Assembly: GCA_001464035.1 (NCBI GenBank)
Contig: LNEC01000023.1
Coordinates: forward strand, 16,935 to 80,934
Direction of reading: 5' to 3'
Source: Bradyrhizobiaceae bacterium Ga0074131
Lineage (GTDB): Bacteria; Pseudomonadota; Alphaproteobacteria; Rhizobiales; Xanthobacteraceae
Length of the DNA stretch: 64,000 nt
Both the position numbers and the translations under genes were made by a program. Each line of letters starts with the position of its first letter. The first letter of the stretch is position 1. This document shows, piece after piece, positions 17,050-27,213 of this stretch. Below the pieces are notes generated by a model. The model did not search any database. It worked only from the letters and a program-made list of their open reading frames with translations, and was not told where the DNA came from.

Positions 17050-18363
17050 TCAACCCTTGCTTACGCGCGATGGAGTCGCTGGAAACATGTCGGCGATGAT
17101 GTTGGCGTACCAACCGATGCTTTCGGCGTAGTTCTGTTTTCTGAGGCCGGCATCCTCCCCCTTCTGAGACACGAACGAGCCCGAAGGATCCAGCTTGCCG
17201 TCCTTCGGTGCATAGGTCGCGCCGATCTTCACGGCGTCGTCGGGCGCCAGCAGCGACCAGCACGTATTGTGGTAGCGGGCGGGGAATCTCTCCTTGCCGG
17301 CGAGTTCGGCCAGGATATCTTCGGCGACTGCCTTGGCCTGGCTGTTGGCGGAGAAGGCCGACTTCGGCATCTCGGCGGCAATCGAGGCGTCTCCCAGAAC
17401 GTACACATCCTTGACATTCTTGGACGAGAAGTTCTCGGCATTAATCGGACACCAGTCCTTCTCGGCACAGCCGGCCCTGACCGCGATCTCGCCGGCGCGC
17501 TGTTGCGGGATGATGTTGGCCACATCGAACCTTACTTTCCTGCCGGCCTTGGTCTCGGCCTCCCTGGCCTTGCCGTCGAGCCGGACGACGGTGAAGTCGT
17601 CGATTTCAGTGCTCAGGTTCAGCTCGATGATGTCCTTGTAGTATTTGTCGAAGGCTTCGGTGAAAACCGGCTGCTTCGAGAACGCCTTCTTGGGATCGAG
17701 GATGACGAGCTTCGACCTGGGCTTTCGGGTTTTGAGGTAGTGCGCGATCATGCAGGCGCGCTCGTAGGGTCCGGGCGGGCAACGGAACGGATTGTTCGGC
17801 ATCACCATCAACACGACGCCGCCGTCCGGCATGGCTTCGAGCTGCCGCTTCAAGAGCTGCTTCTGGGCACGGTCGGTGTTGTAGGCATGGGGAAACAGCG
17901 CGGCGGCTTCCCGCGAATAACCGGGGACTGAATCGTACTTGATATCGATGCCGGGCGAGAGCACCAGCCGGTCGTAGGAAAAATTCGTTCCGCTCAGCGT
18001 TCTCACCGTCTTCCCGACCGCATCGACATCCGTAGCCCGGTCGTGCACCACCTTGATCCGGTGGTTGCGCAACCGGGCATAGCCATGATCGAGGCTCTCG
18101 AGCGAGCGGATTCCACCGATGTAGAGGTTCGAAAAAAACGAGGAGCTGTAGGTTGAGTTCGCCTCGATCAGCGTGACATCGATGTTCGGGGCATCCTTCC
18201 TGACGTAGTGCGCGACCGTCGCACCGCCGGCGCCGCCGCCGACGATGACGACCTTGGGCGTGCGCTGGGCGATCGCGAACGCAGGCAGCCCCGATATGGC
18301 GATAGCGCTCGCACCTCCTGCGCCGACAACCTTTCCGAATTCGCGCCGTGTGATCCTCGACAT
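17050..18363 (-). CDS. Tat-exported FAD-dependent sulfide dehydrogenase flavoprotein-like protein (FccB/SoxF family)
   Basis: 437 aa. Twin-arginine leader MSRITRREF...AFAIAQ, then KVVIVGGGAGGATVAHYV (FAD fold). FccB-like along the full length. Confidence 0.85.
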   Translation of the reverse strand: MSRITRREFGKVVGAGGASAIAISGLPAFAIAQRTPKVVIVGGGAGGATVAHYVRKDAPNIDVTLIEANSTYSSSFFSNLYIGGIRSLESLDHGYARLRNHRIKVVHDRATDVDAVGKTVRTLSGTNFSYDRLVLSPGIDIKYDSVPGYSREAAALFPHAYNTDRAQKQLLKRQLEAMPDGGVVLMVMPNNPFRCPPGPYERACMIAHYLKTRKPRSKLVILDPKKAFSKQPVFTEAFDKYYKDIIELNLSTEIDDFTVVRLDGKAREAETKAGRKVRFDVANIIPQQRAGEIAVRAGCAEKDWCPINAENFSSKNVKDVYVLGDASIAAEMPKSAFSANSQAKAVAEDILAELAGKERFPARYHNTCWSLLAPDDAVKIGATYAPKDGKLDPSGSFVSQKGEDAGLRKQNYAESIGWYANIIADMFPATPSRVSKG

Positions 18364-18441
18364 CTGTATCTCCCAATTTCATCAGCCATGGCTTTCGGCC
18401 AAGCGCGCAATCAGCGATCTGCGAGGCAAGGAAGCGACGTG

Positions 18442-19101
18442 CTATGGCGGCTGCGGCACGATGCGAATGTAGGGCCTGGGGGCCTTCCATCCCTGGGGGT
18501 ATTGCTTCCTGGCGTCTTCGTCGGAAACCGAGCCGGCGATGATCACGTCGTCGCCCTGCTTCCAGTTGACCGGCGTCGCCACCTTGTGCTTGGCGGTAAG
18601 CTGCAGCGAGTCGATCACGCGCAGGACTTCGTCGAAGTTGCGGCCTGTGGTCATCGGGTAGACCAGGATGAGCTTGATCTTCTTGTCCGGTCCAATGACG
18701 AACACGTTGCGCACTGTCTGGTTGTCGGTTGGCGTGCGGCCTTCGGACCGGTCGCCGGCATCGGCGGGGAGCATGCCGTAGAGTTTGGACACCTTGAGTT
18801 CCGGGTCGCCGATCATCGGATAGTTGGGCGCATACCCTTGCGTCTCCCTGATGTCGTTGGCCCACTTCGCGTGGCTCTCGATGGGATCGACCGAGATGCC
18901 GATGATCTTGACGTTCCTCTTGTCGAACTCCGGTTTGATCTTGGCCATGTAGCCGAGCTCGGTCGTGCACACCGGCGTGAAGTCCTTGGGATGCGAGAAC
19001 AGCACCGCCCAGGAGGCGCCGATCCAGTCGTGGAAACGGATCGGCCCCTCTGCGGTATCCGCCACGAAGTCGGGGGCGGTGTCGCCAATGCGCAGAGCCA
19101 T
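18442..19101 (-). CDS. 1-Cys peroxiredoxin (Prx6-type)
   Basis: Met46 of ORF 18442..19236 (MALRIGDTAPDF...). FSHPKDFTPVCTTELG peroxidatic-Cys motif. Confidence 0.9.
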   Translation of the reverse strand: MALRIGDTAPDFVADTAEGPIRFHDWIGASWAVLFSHPKDFTPVCTTELGYMAKIKPEFDKRNVKIIGISVDPIESHAKWANDIRETQGYAPNYPMIGDPELKVSKLYGMLPADAGDRSEGRTPTDNQTVRNVFVIGPDKKIKLILVYPMTTGRNFDEVLRVIDSLQLTAKHKVATPVNWKQGDDVIIAGSVSDEDARKQYPQGWKAPRPYIRIVPQPP

Positions 19102-19185
19102 TTTCGTTCTCCTGCTCCAGCCTTGTTTGGACTGATCGATCGGTTGTCGGTCCCGTTGAGCGGTCGGAGGGGCCGATACGCTGCG

Positions 19186-19263
19186 TCGAACTTGCATGCC
19201 TCTTGAGGATCGCCAATGCAAATTGGTTTTTTTCAAAGTCGAGTTGAGCGCGCCTCATGACCC
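19186..19263 (-). promoter_or_regulatory. promoter/operator segment, copy B
   Basis: Reverse complement aligns with 16131-16208. Perfect dyad TTGCAT (19192-19197)-N18-ATGCAA (19216-19221). Lies 91 nt upstream of the peroxiredoxin ATG. Confidence 0.6.
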
Positions 19264-19453
19264 TGGGAGCGTCAGAAACGGGAGGCTCCTGCGGTCCTGC
19301 CCACTGTACCGCCAATGGCTGGCCGGTGCTGGGCGCGAACGTGGATTTTTGCTGTATGCAGCCTGAATTCTTGGTATGTTAGCCGAGTTCGCCCGCTGAA
19401 CCAGGCACCCACGGCCAGTCGACGCCGCGGTGCTGGTATCGAAGGGTTTCGCA

Positions 19454-21091
19454 ATGATATTTCGCATCAATGAGTGCTCGATCGATACGAACGCCTACGA
19501 GGTGCGCCGCAACGGCAAGGTAGTGCCCGTCGAGCCGCAAGTGTTCGATTTGCTGATGCTCCTGCTGGAGAACCGGGACCGGCTTGTTACCAAGGATGAG
19601 ATCAACCATCGGATCTGGCGCGGCAGAGCCGTGTCCGACGCGGCGCTCAACAGCCGCATCAAATCAGCAAGGCAAACGATCGGCGACAGCGGCGCCTCCC
19701 AGCAGATCATACGCACGATCAGGGGCAGGGGCTTTCGTTTTGTCGGCGAGGTCAGACCGAGCCCCATCGCGGCTGCAGGTAACGGTAAGGCAGCAGCAGC
19801 AGCCCCGGCGATCCCGGGGGACACGCCGATGGCGGCCCTCGGCATGCCCGCGGGACCCCGCGTTGCCGTGCTGCGGTTCAATAACGTCCACTGCGAGGCA
19901 AAAACCAAATTCCTCGGCGACGCGATTGTTGAGGAGATTGCCACCCAACTGACACGGTATTCCGAACTGCGCGTCGCCGCCCGCGCCCTCACAGCCGAGT
20001 GCGACAGCGCCGACGCCAATGCCGGCGACATCGGGCGAAGGCTCGGCGTGGAGTTCCTCGTGGTAGGCAGCCTTCGGCAGGCGAACGACCGCATGCGGGT
20101 CACGGCCCACCTGATAAGGGTCGTCGATGGCCAGCTGCTTTGGGCCCAGACCTACGAACCGCTACTCACCCCCGCGGACATATTTGCCATCGAGGACGAG
20201 ATCGCAAGCAAGATCGTGGCGGCGATTGCGTCGATCTCGGCAGGTGTGATCGCACGAGAGACGCTGGGAAAGGGACGGGGGAAGCCGCCGAGCGAGTTGA
20301 GCGCCTACGAGAGCGTCGTCCGGGCCAACGAGGTCATGCAGTCGGGCTTCTCTGCGACCACGCATCTGGCCACCCGCGCCTGCCTCGAAGCCGCGGTTGC
20401 AAGAGAGCCCGATTACGCTGCGGCATGGGCCGTCCTCGCCTGGGTGCACACCCTGGAGTACACCTATGGCTACAACATGAGGGCCGGTACAGATCCGCTC
20501 GAAGCAGCGCTGGTTGCTGCGCGCCGCGCCATAAATCTCGCGCCCGCGAACCCTGTGGCCAGGTTTGCGATGGCAAGAACCGCCTACGTCATGCGCGACT
20601 TGCATCTGTTCTATGCCGAGGCGTCCAATGCGCTGAACCTGAACCCGCATGATCCGTTGCTGCTGGGAAACCTGGGAAACTGGCTGGCCTTCTCCGGCCG
20701 CTGGGACCAAGGTGTAGCGCTGGTAAGAAAGGCGATTTCGCTGAACCCGAACGGCTACCCACGATGGTGGCACGCCGCACTTGGCAAGGACCACTATCGC
20801 AAGGGCGAGTTCCGGGAAGCGCTGGCCGAATTCACGAACATGAACTTGCCGGGCTGGTGGTGGAATCAGGTGGAGCTTGCCTACACATACGGCCAGCTTG
20901 GTGACGTCGAAAACGCCCGCTTGGCCGTCAGCAGGCTTCTCGATCTCTACCGGGGCTTCGATATCGAAACGGCGGTCATGGAGCACCGCGTGTACAGTTT
21001 CCCGCAGTCGTACATCGACCTCGCGGTCGATGGCCTGCGAAAAGCGGGCCTCCCCGAGCGGTCCGCGCCCGCCCTCGCGGCAGAACGCTGA
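19454..21091 (+). CDS. OmpR/PhoB-type winged-helix DNA-binding protein with C-terminal TPR region
   Basis: Met9 of ORF 19430..21091. VPVEPQVFDLLMLLLENRDRLVTKDEINHRIWRGRAVSDAALNSRIKSARQTIGD is a trans_reg_C domain. The C-terminal half is TPR-like. Confidence 0.75.
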   Translation: MIFRINECSIDTNAYEVRRNGKVVPVEPQVFDLLMLLLENRDRLVTKDEINHRIWRGRAVSDAALNSRIKSARQTIGDSGASQQIIRTIRGRGFRFVGEVRPSPIAAAGNGKAAAAAPAIPGDTPMAALGMPAGPRVAVLRFNNVHCEAKTKFLGDAIVEEIATQLTRYSELRVAARALTAECDSADANAGDIGRRLGVEFLVVGSLRQANDRMRVTAHLIRVVDGQLLWAQTYEPLLTPADIFAIEDEIASKIVAAIASISAGVIARETLGKGRGKPPSELSAYESVVRANEVMQSGFSATTHLATRACLEAAVAREPDYAAAWAVLAWVHTLEYTYGYNMRAGTDPLEAALVAARRAINLAPANPVARFAMARTAYVMRDLHLFYAEASNALNLNPHDPLLLGNLGNWLAFSGRWDQGVALVRKAISLNPNGYPRWWHAALGKDHYRKGEFREALAEFTNMNLPGWWWNQVELAYTYGQLGDVENARLAVSRLLDLYRGFDIETAVMEHRVYSFPQSYIDLAVDGLRKAGLPERSAPALAAER

Positions 21092-21212
21092 GCTTTCGCG
21101 GCAATCGCCGCTGCCATCCACATGCGTTTCACGTCTACCCGCACCCGCGCTGGGGGATGGCCCACGTGCCCTGCGGAGTGATAGTGCAGGTGGGCTGATC
21201 GCCAGCCGCCAT

Positions 21213-22541
21213 ATGGAAGCCAAGATGTATCCCGATCCGAAATCCCGCTCCCGAGAACTCCACACCCGCGCGCTGTCCAGCCTGCCCGGCGGCAACACCC
21301 GCACCACCGTGTTCATGAAGCCGTACCCGATCTATGCCGCGCGCGGCGAGGGCTGCCGGGTGTTCGATGTGGACGGCAACGAATATATCGACTGCATCAA
21401 CAATTTCACCTCGCTGATCCATGGCCACGCCCATCCGGCGCTGGTGGCGGCGGCGACGAAACAGCTCGCGCTGGGATCGGCGTTCGGCCTGCCGACCGCC
21501 TCCGAGATCGATCTCGCGGAATTGCTGGTGTCGCGCCTGCCATCGGTCGAACAGGTGCGCTTCACCAACTCCGGCACCGAAGCGGTGATGATGGCGCTGA
21601 AGGCGGCGCGGGCGTTCACCGGCCGGCCGAAGATCGCCAAATGCGAGGGGGCCTATCACGGCTCCTACGACTACGCTGAAGTCAGCCTCGATCCGGCGCC
21701 AGAGGCCTGGGGGCGCAATGCGCCGGTTTCGGTCGCCTATAGCAGGGGCACGCCGGACAACGTGCTGGCCGACGTTATCACCATTCCCTTCAACGATGCC
21801 GAGGCGGCGGTCAGCCTGATCCGCGAGCACGGCGCGGAACTCGCCTGCGTGCTGGTCGATCCGATGCCGAACCGCGCGGGGCTCGCGCCGGCCGACAAGG
21901 CCTATCTCGAGGCGCTGCGCGCAGTCACATCAGAGGTCGGCTCGCTCTTGATCTTCGATGAGGTCATCACCTTCCGCCTCGGCTATCGCGGCGCGCAAGG
22001 CCTGTGGGAGATCGATCCCGACCTGACCTCGCTCGGCAAAATCATGGGCGGCGGCTTTCCGGTCGGCGCGGTCGGGGGCAAGCGGGAATTCATGGCGGTG
22101 TTCGATCCCACCGCGGGCAAGCCGGCGCTGCCGCATGGCGGCACGTTTTCGGCCAATCCGGTGACCATGCGCGCCGGCATCGCGGCGATGGAGTTGCTCG
22201 ATGACGCCGCCTTCGCGCGGCTCGACGCGATCGGGGAAGCGGTGCGCGGCGGCATCGACGAGGCGTTCCGCAAGAGCGGCGTGCCCGGCCGCACCGTCGG
22301 GCTGGGATCGCTGCTGAAAATACATTTTGCCGACCGCCCGGTCCGCGACTACCGCTCGGCCTATCCGACCGAGCAGGAAGCGCGGCGATCGGCGGTCTTC
22401 CATCGCGGGCTGCTCAATCGGGGCGTGGTGGCGGCCGGCTATGGGTTGATGGCACTGTCGACGCCGATGACCGATCGGGATATCGACACCATCGTCACCG
22501 CGGCCTCGGAAGCCATCGCCGAGGTGGCGGCGTCGGCATGA
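21213..22541 (+). CDS. class III (omega-) aminotransferase, glutamate-1-semialdehyde aminomutase-like
   Basis: In-frame ATG 21213 of ORF 20877..22541. NFTSLIHGHAHP, and SLGKIMGGGFPVGAVGG (PLP-Lys context). Confidence 0.9.
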   Translation: MEAKMYPDPKSRSRELHTRALSSLPGGNTRTTVFMKPYPIYAARGEGCRVFDVDGNEYIDCINNFTSLIHGHAHPALVAAATKQLALGSAFGLPTASEIDLAELLVSRLPSVEQVRFTNSGTEAVMMALKAARAFTGRPKIAKCEGAYHGSYDYAEVSLDPAPEAWGRNAPVSVAYSRGTPDNVLADVITIPFNDAEAAVSLIREHGAELACVLVDPMPNRAGLAPADKAYLEALRAVTSEVGSLLIFDEVITFRLGYRGAQGLWEIDPDLTSLGKIMGGGFPVGAVGGKREFMAVFDPTAGKPALPHGGTFSANPVTMRAGIAAMELLDDAAFARLDAIGEAVRGGIDEAFRKSGVPGRTVGLGSLLKIHFADRPVRDYRSAYPTEQEARRSAVFHRGLLNRGVVAAGYGLMALSTPMTDRDIDTIVTAASEAIAEVAASA

Positions 22542-22586
22542 CCGGCGTCCCTTGATCCCGCGGCCAGTTTTTGCCAACAAGCGCCC

Positions 22587-24257
22587 ATGTCCAGCAAGAT
22601 CGATCCCATCACGCGATCCGTGGTTCAGCACCGTCTGAGCTCGATCGTGAAGGAAATGGGCGAAGCCATGCTTCGCACCACCTATTCGCAGATCCTGAAT
22701 TCCAGCCGCGATTTCTCGCTGGCGATTTGCGACACGCGCGCCCGCCTGATTGCGCAGGCCGATCATCTCCCGGTCCATGTCGGCGCGCTGCCCTGGGCGA
22801 CGCTGGTGGTCGAGGAGCGGTTCAAGGACATCGCGCCCGGCGACGTAATCCTGCTCAACGATCCCTATCATGGCGGCAGCCATCTGCCCGATCTCACCGT
22901 CTTCGTGCCGGTTTTCGATGGCCGGAAGCGCCTGCTCTGGACCATCGTCCGCGCCCACTTTAGCGATATCGGCGGCGCCACCCATGGCGCCTACAATCCC
23001 GGCGCCACCGAGATCTGGCAGGAAGGGCTGCGCGTCCCGCCGATCAAGCTCTCGGAGGCCGGCCGGCCGCGCGAGGACCTGCTCGACCTCTTGGCGCTGA
23101 ACGTGCGAAACCCGCGTGAGTTTCGCGGCGACCTCGCCGCGATGCTGGGCGCGGCACATCTGGGCGAGCGGCGCGTCTCGAAGCTGTTCAGCGAGTTCGG
23201 CGCGCCAATTGTCGAAGCGGCCATCGAGGCGATCCTCGATGCGACCGAGCAACAGACCCGCGCGGTGGTTTCAACCTGGAAGGACGGCGTGTTTTTTGGC
23301 GAGGCGTTTCTCGACGATGACGGCCATGGCCGCAGCGATATCAGGATCGCGGCCAGGGTTACCAAGCAGGGCAGCGACATCGAGGTCGATCTGTCGGCCT
23401 CCGATCCGCAGTCGACCAGTTTCGTCAATTCCTCGCATGCCAATATGCAGGCGGCGGTGGCGATGGCCTTTGCCTATCTGATCGACGCCGAAATTCCCAA
23501 GAACACCGGCGCGCTGCGCCCGCTGAAGGTGATCGCGAAGCAGGGAACGATCGTCTGGGCCGATCCCGGACGTCCGGTGACGTTGTGCACCAGCCATCCC
23601 TCCAATGAAATCGTGGAAGCGATCGTCAAGGCGCTGTCGGCGTCCTGTCCGGAACGCGCCATGGCGGGCTGGAGCCGCCGGTTCCGGATCGCGATCCAGG
23701 GCGAGGATCCGCGCTCGGGGCGGAATTTCATCTGGCACCTGTTTCAGGCGCGCCCGGGTGGCGGCGCTTCATCCGGCGGCGATGGCTATTCGTCGATCGG
23801 CGAATGGCACAGCGTCGGCGGTCTCAAATTCGGCAGCCTCGAGGTCGCGGAGGTGCGTTTTCCCCTGCACTTTCGCCGACATGAGTTCCGCGAGAACTCC
23901 GGCGGCGACGGAAAATTCCGCGGCGGCCTCGGCGTCGCGCTGGACCTGGTGCTGGAAACGACAAAACCCGCGCGCGGCAACACCGCCGGCGACGGCGTGC
24001 GCTACGGTCCGTGCGGGATGCTCGGCGGCGAGGACGGCGTGCCGCACGATTACCGGCTGATCTCCGAAGGCCGTCCGCCGCGCGTTTTGCGCACCAAGGA
24101 AGTCGGCATCGAGATTGGTCCCGGCGACTGTCTTGAGATCCGCTCCTCAGGTGGCGGCGGTTATGGACCGCCGGCCCAACGCTCGGCGGAAGCTCGTGCG
24201 CGTGACCGCGAACAGGGACTTGTCACCGGCGATGGGCCGGCGGGGCAGGGCTCCTGA
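22587..24257 (+). CDS. hydantoinase B/oxoprolinase-family subunit
   Basis: 556 aa, HyuB-like throughout. Its stop overlaps the next start (TGATG). Confidence 0.9.
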   Translation: MSSKIDPITRSVVQHRLSSIVKEMGEAMLRTTYSQILNSSRDFSLAICDTRARLIAQADHLPVHVGALPWATLVVEERFKDIAPGDVILLNDPYHGGSHLPDLTVFVPVFDGRKRLLWTIVRAHFSDIGGATHGAYNPGATEIWQEGLRVPPIKLSEAGRPREDLLDLLALNVRNPREFRGDLAAMLGAAHLGERRVSKLFSEFGAPIVEAAIEAILDATEQQTRAVVSTWKDGVFFGEAFLDDDGHGRSDIRIAARVTKQGSDIEVDLSASDPQSTSFVNSSHANMQAAVAMAFAYLIDAEIPKNTGALRPLKVIAKQGTIVWADPGRPVTLCTSHPSNEIVEAIVKALSASCPERAMAGWSRRFRIAIQGEDPRSGRNFIWHLFQARPGGGASSGGDGYSSIGEWHSVGGLKFGSLEVAEVRFPLHFRRHEFRENSGGDGKFRGGLGVALDLVLETTKPARGNTAGDGVRYGPCGMLGGEDGVPHDYRLISEGRPPRVLRTKEVGIEIGPGDCLEIRSSGGGGYGPPAQRSAEARARDREQGLVTGDGPAGQGS

Positions 24258-26299
24258 TGTACACGATCGGAATTGACGTCGGCGGCACCTATACGGACCT
24301 CGTTGCGATCGATGAGGGCGGCAAGGCCGTGTTCGCAAAATCGCCATCGACGCCTGCGGATCAATCGGTCGGCGTCATGGCGGGGCTGGAGGAGTTGGCG
24401 CGACGGCTGAAGCTGTCGCGCGCAGAGATGCTCGGGGTTACCGACCGCATCGTGCACGGCACCACCGTCGCGACCAATGCGCTGCTCGAGCGCAAGGGCG
24501 CGAAAGTCGCGCTGCTCACCACCGAGGGTCATCGCGACGTGATCGAGATGCGCGAGGGGCTGAAGGACAACCGCTACGATCTGCGTTCGCCGCCGCCGCA
24601 ACCGCTGGTGCCGCGCGAGCGGCGGTTCGGAGTGCGAGAGCGGCTCAAGGCCAATGGTGAGGTCGCGATCCCGCTCGACGATCGGTCGCTCATTGAGGCC
24701 ATCGACGCCATCCGCCGTTCGGGCGCCGCTTCGGTCGCGGTGTGCTTCCTGCATTCCTATCTCAATCCCGTGCACGAACTCGCCGCCGTCGAACGGCTGG
24801 CGCGCGAACTGCCCGGGATCAGCATTTCCCGTTCGAGCGATGTGCTGCCGCAGATCAAGGAATTCGAGCGGGTCTCGACCACGATCGTGAACGCCTATGT
24901 CCGGCCGCTGGTGCGGCACTATCTGGGCAATCTGGAGCAGCGCCTTCACGAGGCCGGCTTCAGGGGCTCGCTCTTCATCATCCTCTCCCATGGCGGCATG
25001 GCGCCTGTCGAGGAAGCGTCCAGGCTGGCCGCGGGCACCGTGTTGTCGGGCCCTGCCGGCGGCATTTCCGGCGCGCGGCGCTGCGCGGATTTGCTCGGCA
25101 TTCCCGATCTGGTGCCGTTCGACATGGGCGGCACTTCAACCGACATCTCGCTGATCTCGGAGGGCCGCGCGGCTCTGTCCGCCGACGGCATGCTCGCCGG
25201 CCAGCGCATCGCGCTGCGCAGCCTCGACATCGCCAGCATCGCGGCCGGCGGCGGCTCGATCGCGTCGGTCGATGCCGGCGGCACCTTGCGCGTCGGCCCG
25301 GAAAGCGCGGGTTCGGTGCCGGGGCCGGCCTGCTACGGCAATGGCGGGGAAGCCGCCACCGTCACCGACGCCAATGTCGTGCTCGGCTATCTCGACGCGA
25401 GCGCCTTCATGGGCGGAGCGCGTCCGCTCGACCGCGCGGCGGCGGAAGCCGCGGTCGACCGGGTGGCGGCGTCACTGGGTCTGTCGCGGCTGGAAGCCGC
25501 CGCCGGCATCTACCGGATGATCAACCTGAAAATGGCCGACGGCATCCGGCTGATGACCCTGCGCCGCGGCGTCGATCCGCGAAAATTCGCGCTCTTGAGT
25601 TTTGGCGGAGCGGCCGGCCTGCATACAGCTGAGGTCGCGCGCGAACTCGATATCAGGCGCATCATCGTGCCGATCGCGGCCTCGGTGCTGTCGGCCTGGG
25701 GCATGCTGACCAGCGATTTGCGCTACGAGGTGAGCCGGACCCATTACGGCGCCGGGGCGCGCATTTCGGCCGACGACGCGCGCAACCTGTTCGGCGCATT
25801 GGAGCTTGAGGCCACCGGCCGGTTGCGCGCCTGGTTCGGCGGGCCGATGACGACGGAACGATCAGCCGAAATGCGCTACGGCGAACAGATTTTCGAGATC
25901 GACGTGGCGCTCGACGGTCTCGACTGGAACGCGGCAGCGCTGGTTGATGGAATCGAGAACCGCTTCCACCGCCGCCACGAAGAACTCTACACCTATGCCT
26001 CGCGCGACCAGGAAGTCGTGTTCGTCAATGCGCGGGTCGCCGCGATCGGCGAAGTGTCGCAGCGCGGGCAGGATGCGCGACCGACGCCATCGGCGCGAGC
26101 GTGCTCGCCGCGCACGACGCGGCAGGCCTGGTTCGGCGCTTGGCGCGAGGTCCCCGTTTATGCGCTCGACGACCTCCGGCCCGGCCAAACGCTGGCCGGG
26201 CCTGCAATCATCGAGGCCGAGACCACCACGGTGATCGTCGATGCCGGCGACCTTGTCACCGTCAACGCGCTGGGCTGGCTGGATATTGCGCTTCGGTGA
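24257..26299 (+). CDS. hydantoinase A/oxoprolinase-family subunit (ATP-binding)
   Basis: 680 aa. N-terminal IGIDVGGTYTDLV actin-fold ATPase motif. Confidence 0.9.
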   Translation: MYTIGIDVGGTYTDLVAIDEGGKAVFAKSPSTPADQSVGVMAGLEELARRLKLSRAEMLGVTDRIVHGTTVATNALLERKGAKVALLTTEGHRDVIEMREGLKDNRYDLRSPPPQPLVPRERRFGVRERLKANGEVAIPLDDRSLIEAIDAIRRSGAASVAVCFLHSYLNPVHELAAVERLARELPGISISRSSDVLPQIKEFERVSTTIVNAYVRPLVRHYLGNLEQRLHEAGFRGSLFIILSHGGMAPVEEASRLAAGTVLSGPAGGISGARRCADLLGIPDLVPFDMGGTSTDISLISEGRAALSADGMLAGQRIALRSLDIASIAAGGGSIASVDAGGTLRVGPESAGSVPGPACYGNGGEAATVTDANVVLGYLDASAFMGGARPLDRAAAEAAVDRVAASLGLSRLEAAAGIYRMINLKMADGIRLMTLRRGVDPRKFALLSFGGAAGLHTAEVARELDIRRIIVPIAASVLSAWGMLTSDLRYEVSRTHYGAGARISADDARNLFGALELEATGRLRAWFGGPMTTERSAEMRYGEQIFEIDVALDGLDWNAAALVDGIENRFHRRHEELYTYASRDQEVVFVNARVAAIGEVSQRGQDARPTPSARACSPRTTRQAWFGAWREVPVYALDDLRPGQTLAGPAIIEAETTTVIVDAGDLVTVNALGWLDIALR

Positions 26300-26347
26300 T
26301 GCGGCGGGGCATGGGCAGGGCTCAGCCAATGTCCCGCCCGCATCTTC

Positions 26348-27124
26348 TCAGGTCTTGTTGATCGACACGCCACCATCCACCAGCATCGCGCTTCCGGTGA
26401 GGAAGGACGCGGCATCGGACGCCAGGAACAATGCCGCGCGGGCCTGCTCCTTGGGCGCCGCGATGCGCTTCAAGGCGTGCATGTTGCGCACGAAGGCCTT
26501 CATTTCCTCGGTATCCGCCATCGCATCGGCCGCCGCCGTCTGCGTCCCGCCCGGCAGCAACGCATTGACGCGAATGCCTCGCGGCCCGTACTCGACCGCA
26601 AGAGCCTTCATCAGGCCGATCTGGCCGGCCTTGCTGGCGGCGTAGGTGGCTGCGCCCGGCATCGCTGCGGTGTAGCCGACGAACGAACTGACGAAGATCA
26701 GCGATCCCTTGCCGCGCGCGAGCATGGCGGGGATCTGGTATTTGGCGCCCAGGAACGCGCTGGTCAGGTTGGTCGACATCGTCTCGTCCCAGGCGTCGCG
26801 GGTCACATCAGGTGTTGCCATCATCGGTCCGAGCACGCCGGCATTGTTGACGGCGATGTCGAGCCCGCCAAAGCGCGATTTCGTTTGCTCCACCAAGGCG
26901 CTCGAGAAGGATTCGTCGGAAACATCGCCCGCCAGTGCGCAAGCAGCACCACCCGCCGTCTCGATTTCGGCAACGAGGCCTTCGAGCAATTCCCGGCGTC
27001 GCGCCGCGACGACGAGGCGGGCCCCTTCGCTGGCAAAAAGCAGGGCAATCGCCCGCCCGATCCTGGAACTCGCTCCGGTGACGATCGCTACCTTGCCGTC
27101 CAGCGCCATTCCTGAGGTACCCAT
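26348..27124 (-). CDS. short-chain dehydrogenase/reductase
   Basis: Met10 of ORF 26348..27151, after aaggaga. VAIVTGASSRIG and YAASKAG. Confidence 0.9.
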   Translation of the reverse strand: MGTSGMALDGKVAIVTGASSRIGRAIALLFASEGARLVVAARRRELLEGLVAEIETAGGAACALAGDVSDESFSSALVEQTKSRFGGLDIAVNNAGVLGPMMATPDVTRDAWDETMSTNLTSAFLGAKYQIPAMLARGKGSLIFVSSFVGYTAAMPGAATYAASKAGQIGLMKALAVEYGPRGIRVNALLPGGTQTAAADAMADTEEMKAFVRNMHALKRIAAPKEQARAALFLASDAASFLTGSAMLVDGGVSINKT

Positions 27125-27213
27125 TGTGATCTCCTTGTGTCCAGGAGGCACAGTGGGTCGGGATATCAGGCGCTATCCACCCGATACCCGATACCGGCCG
27201 GCCACTCTTGCGA

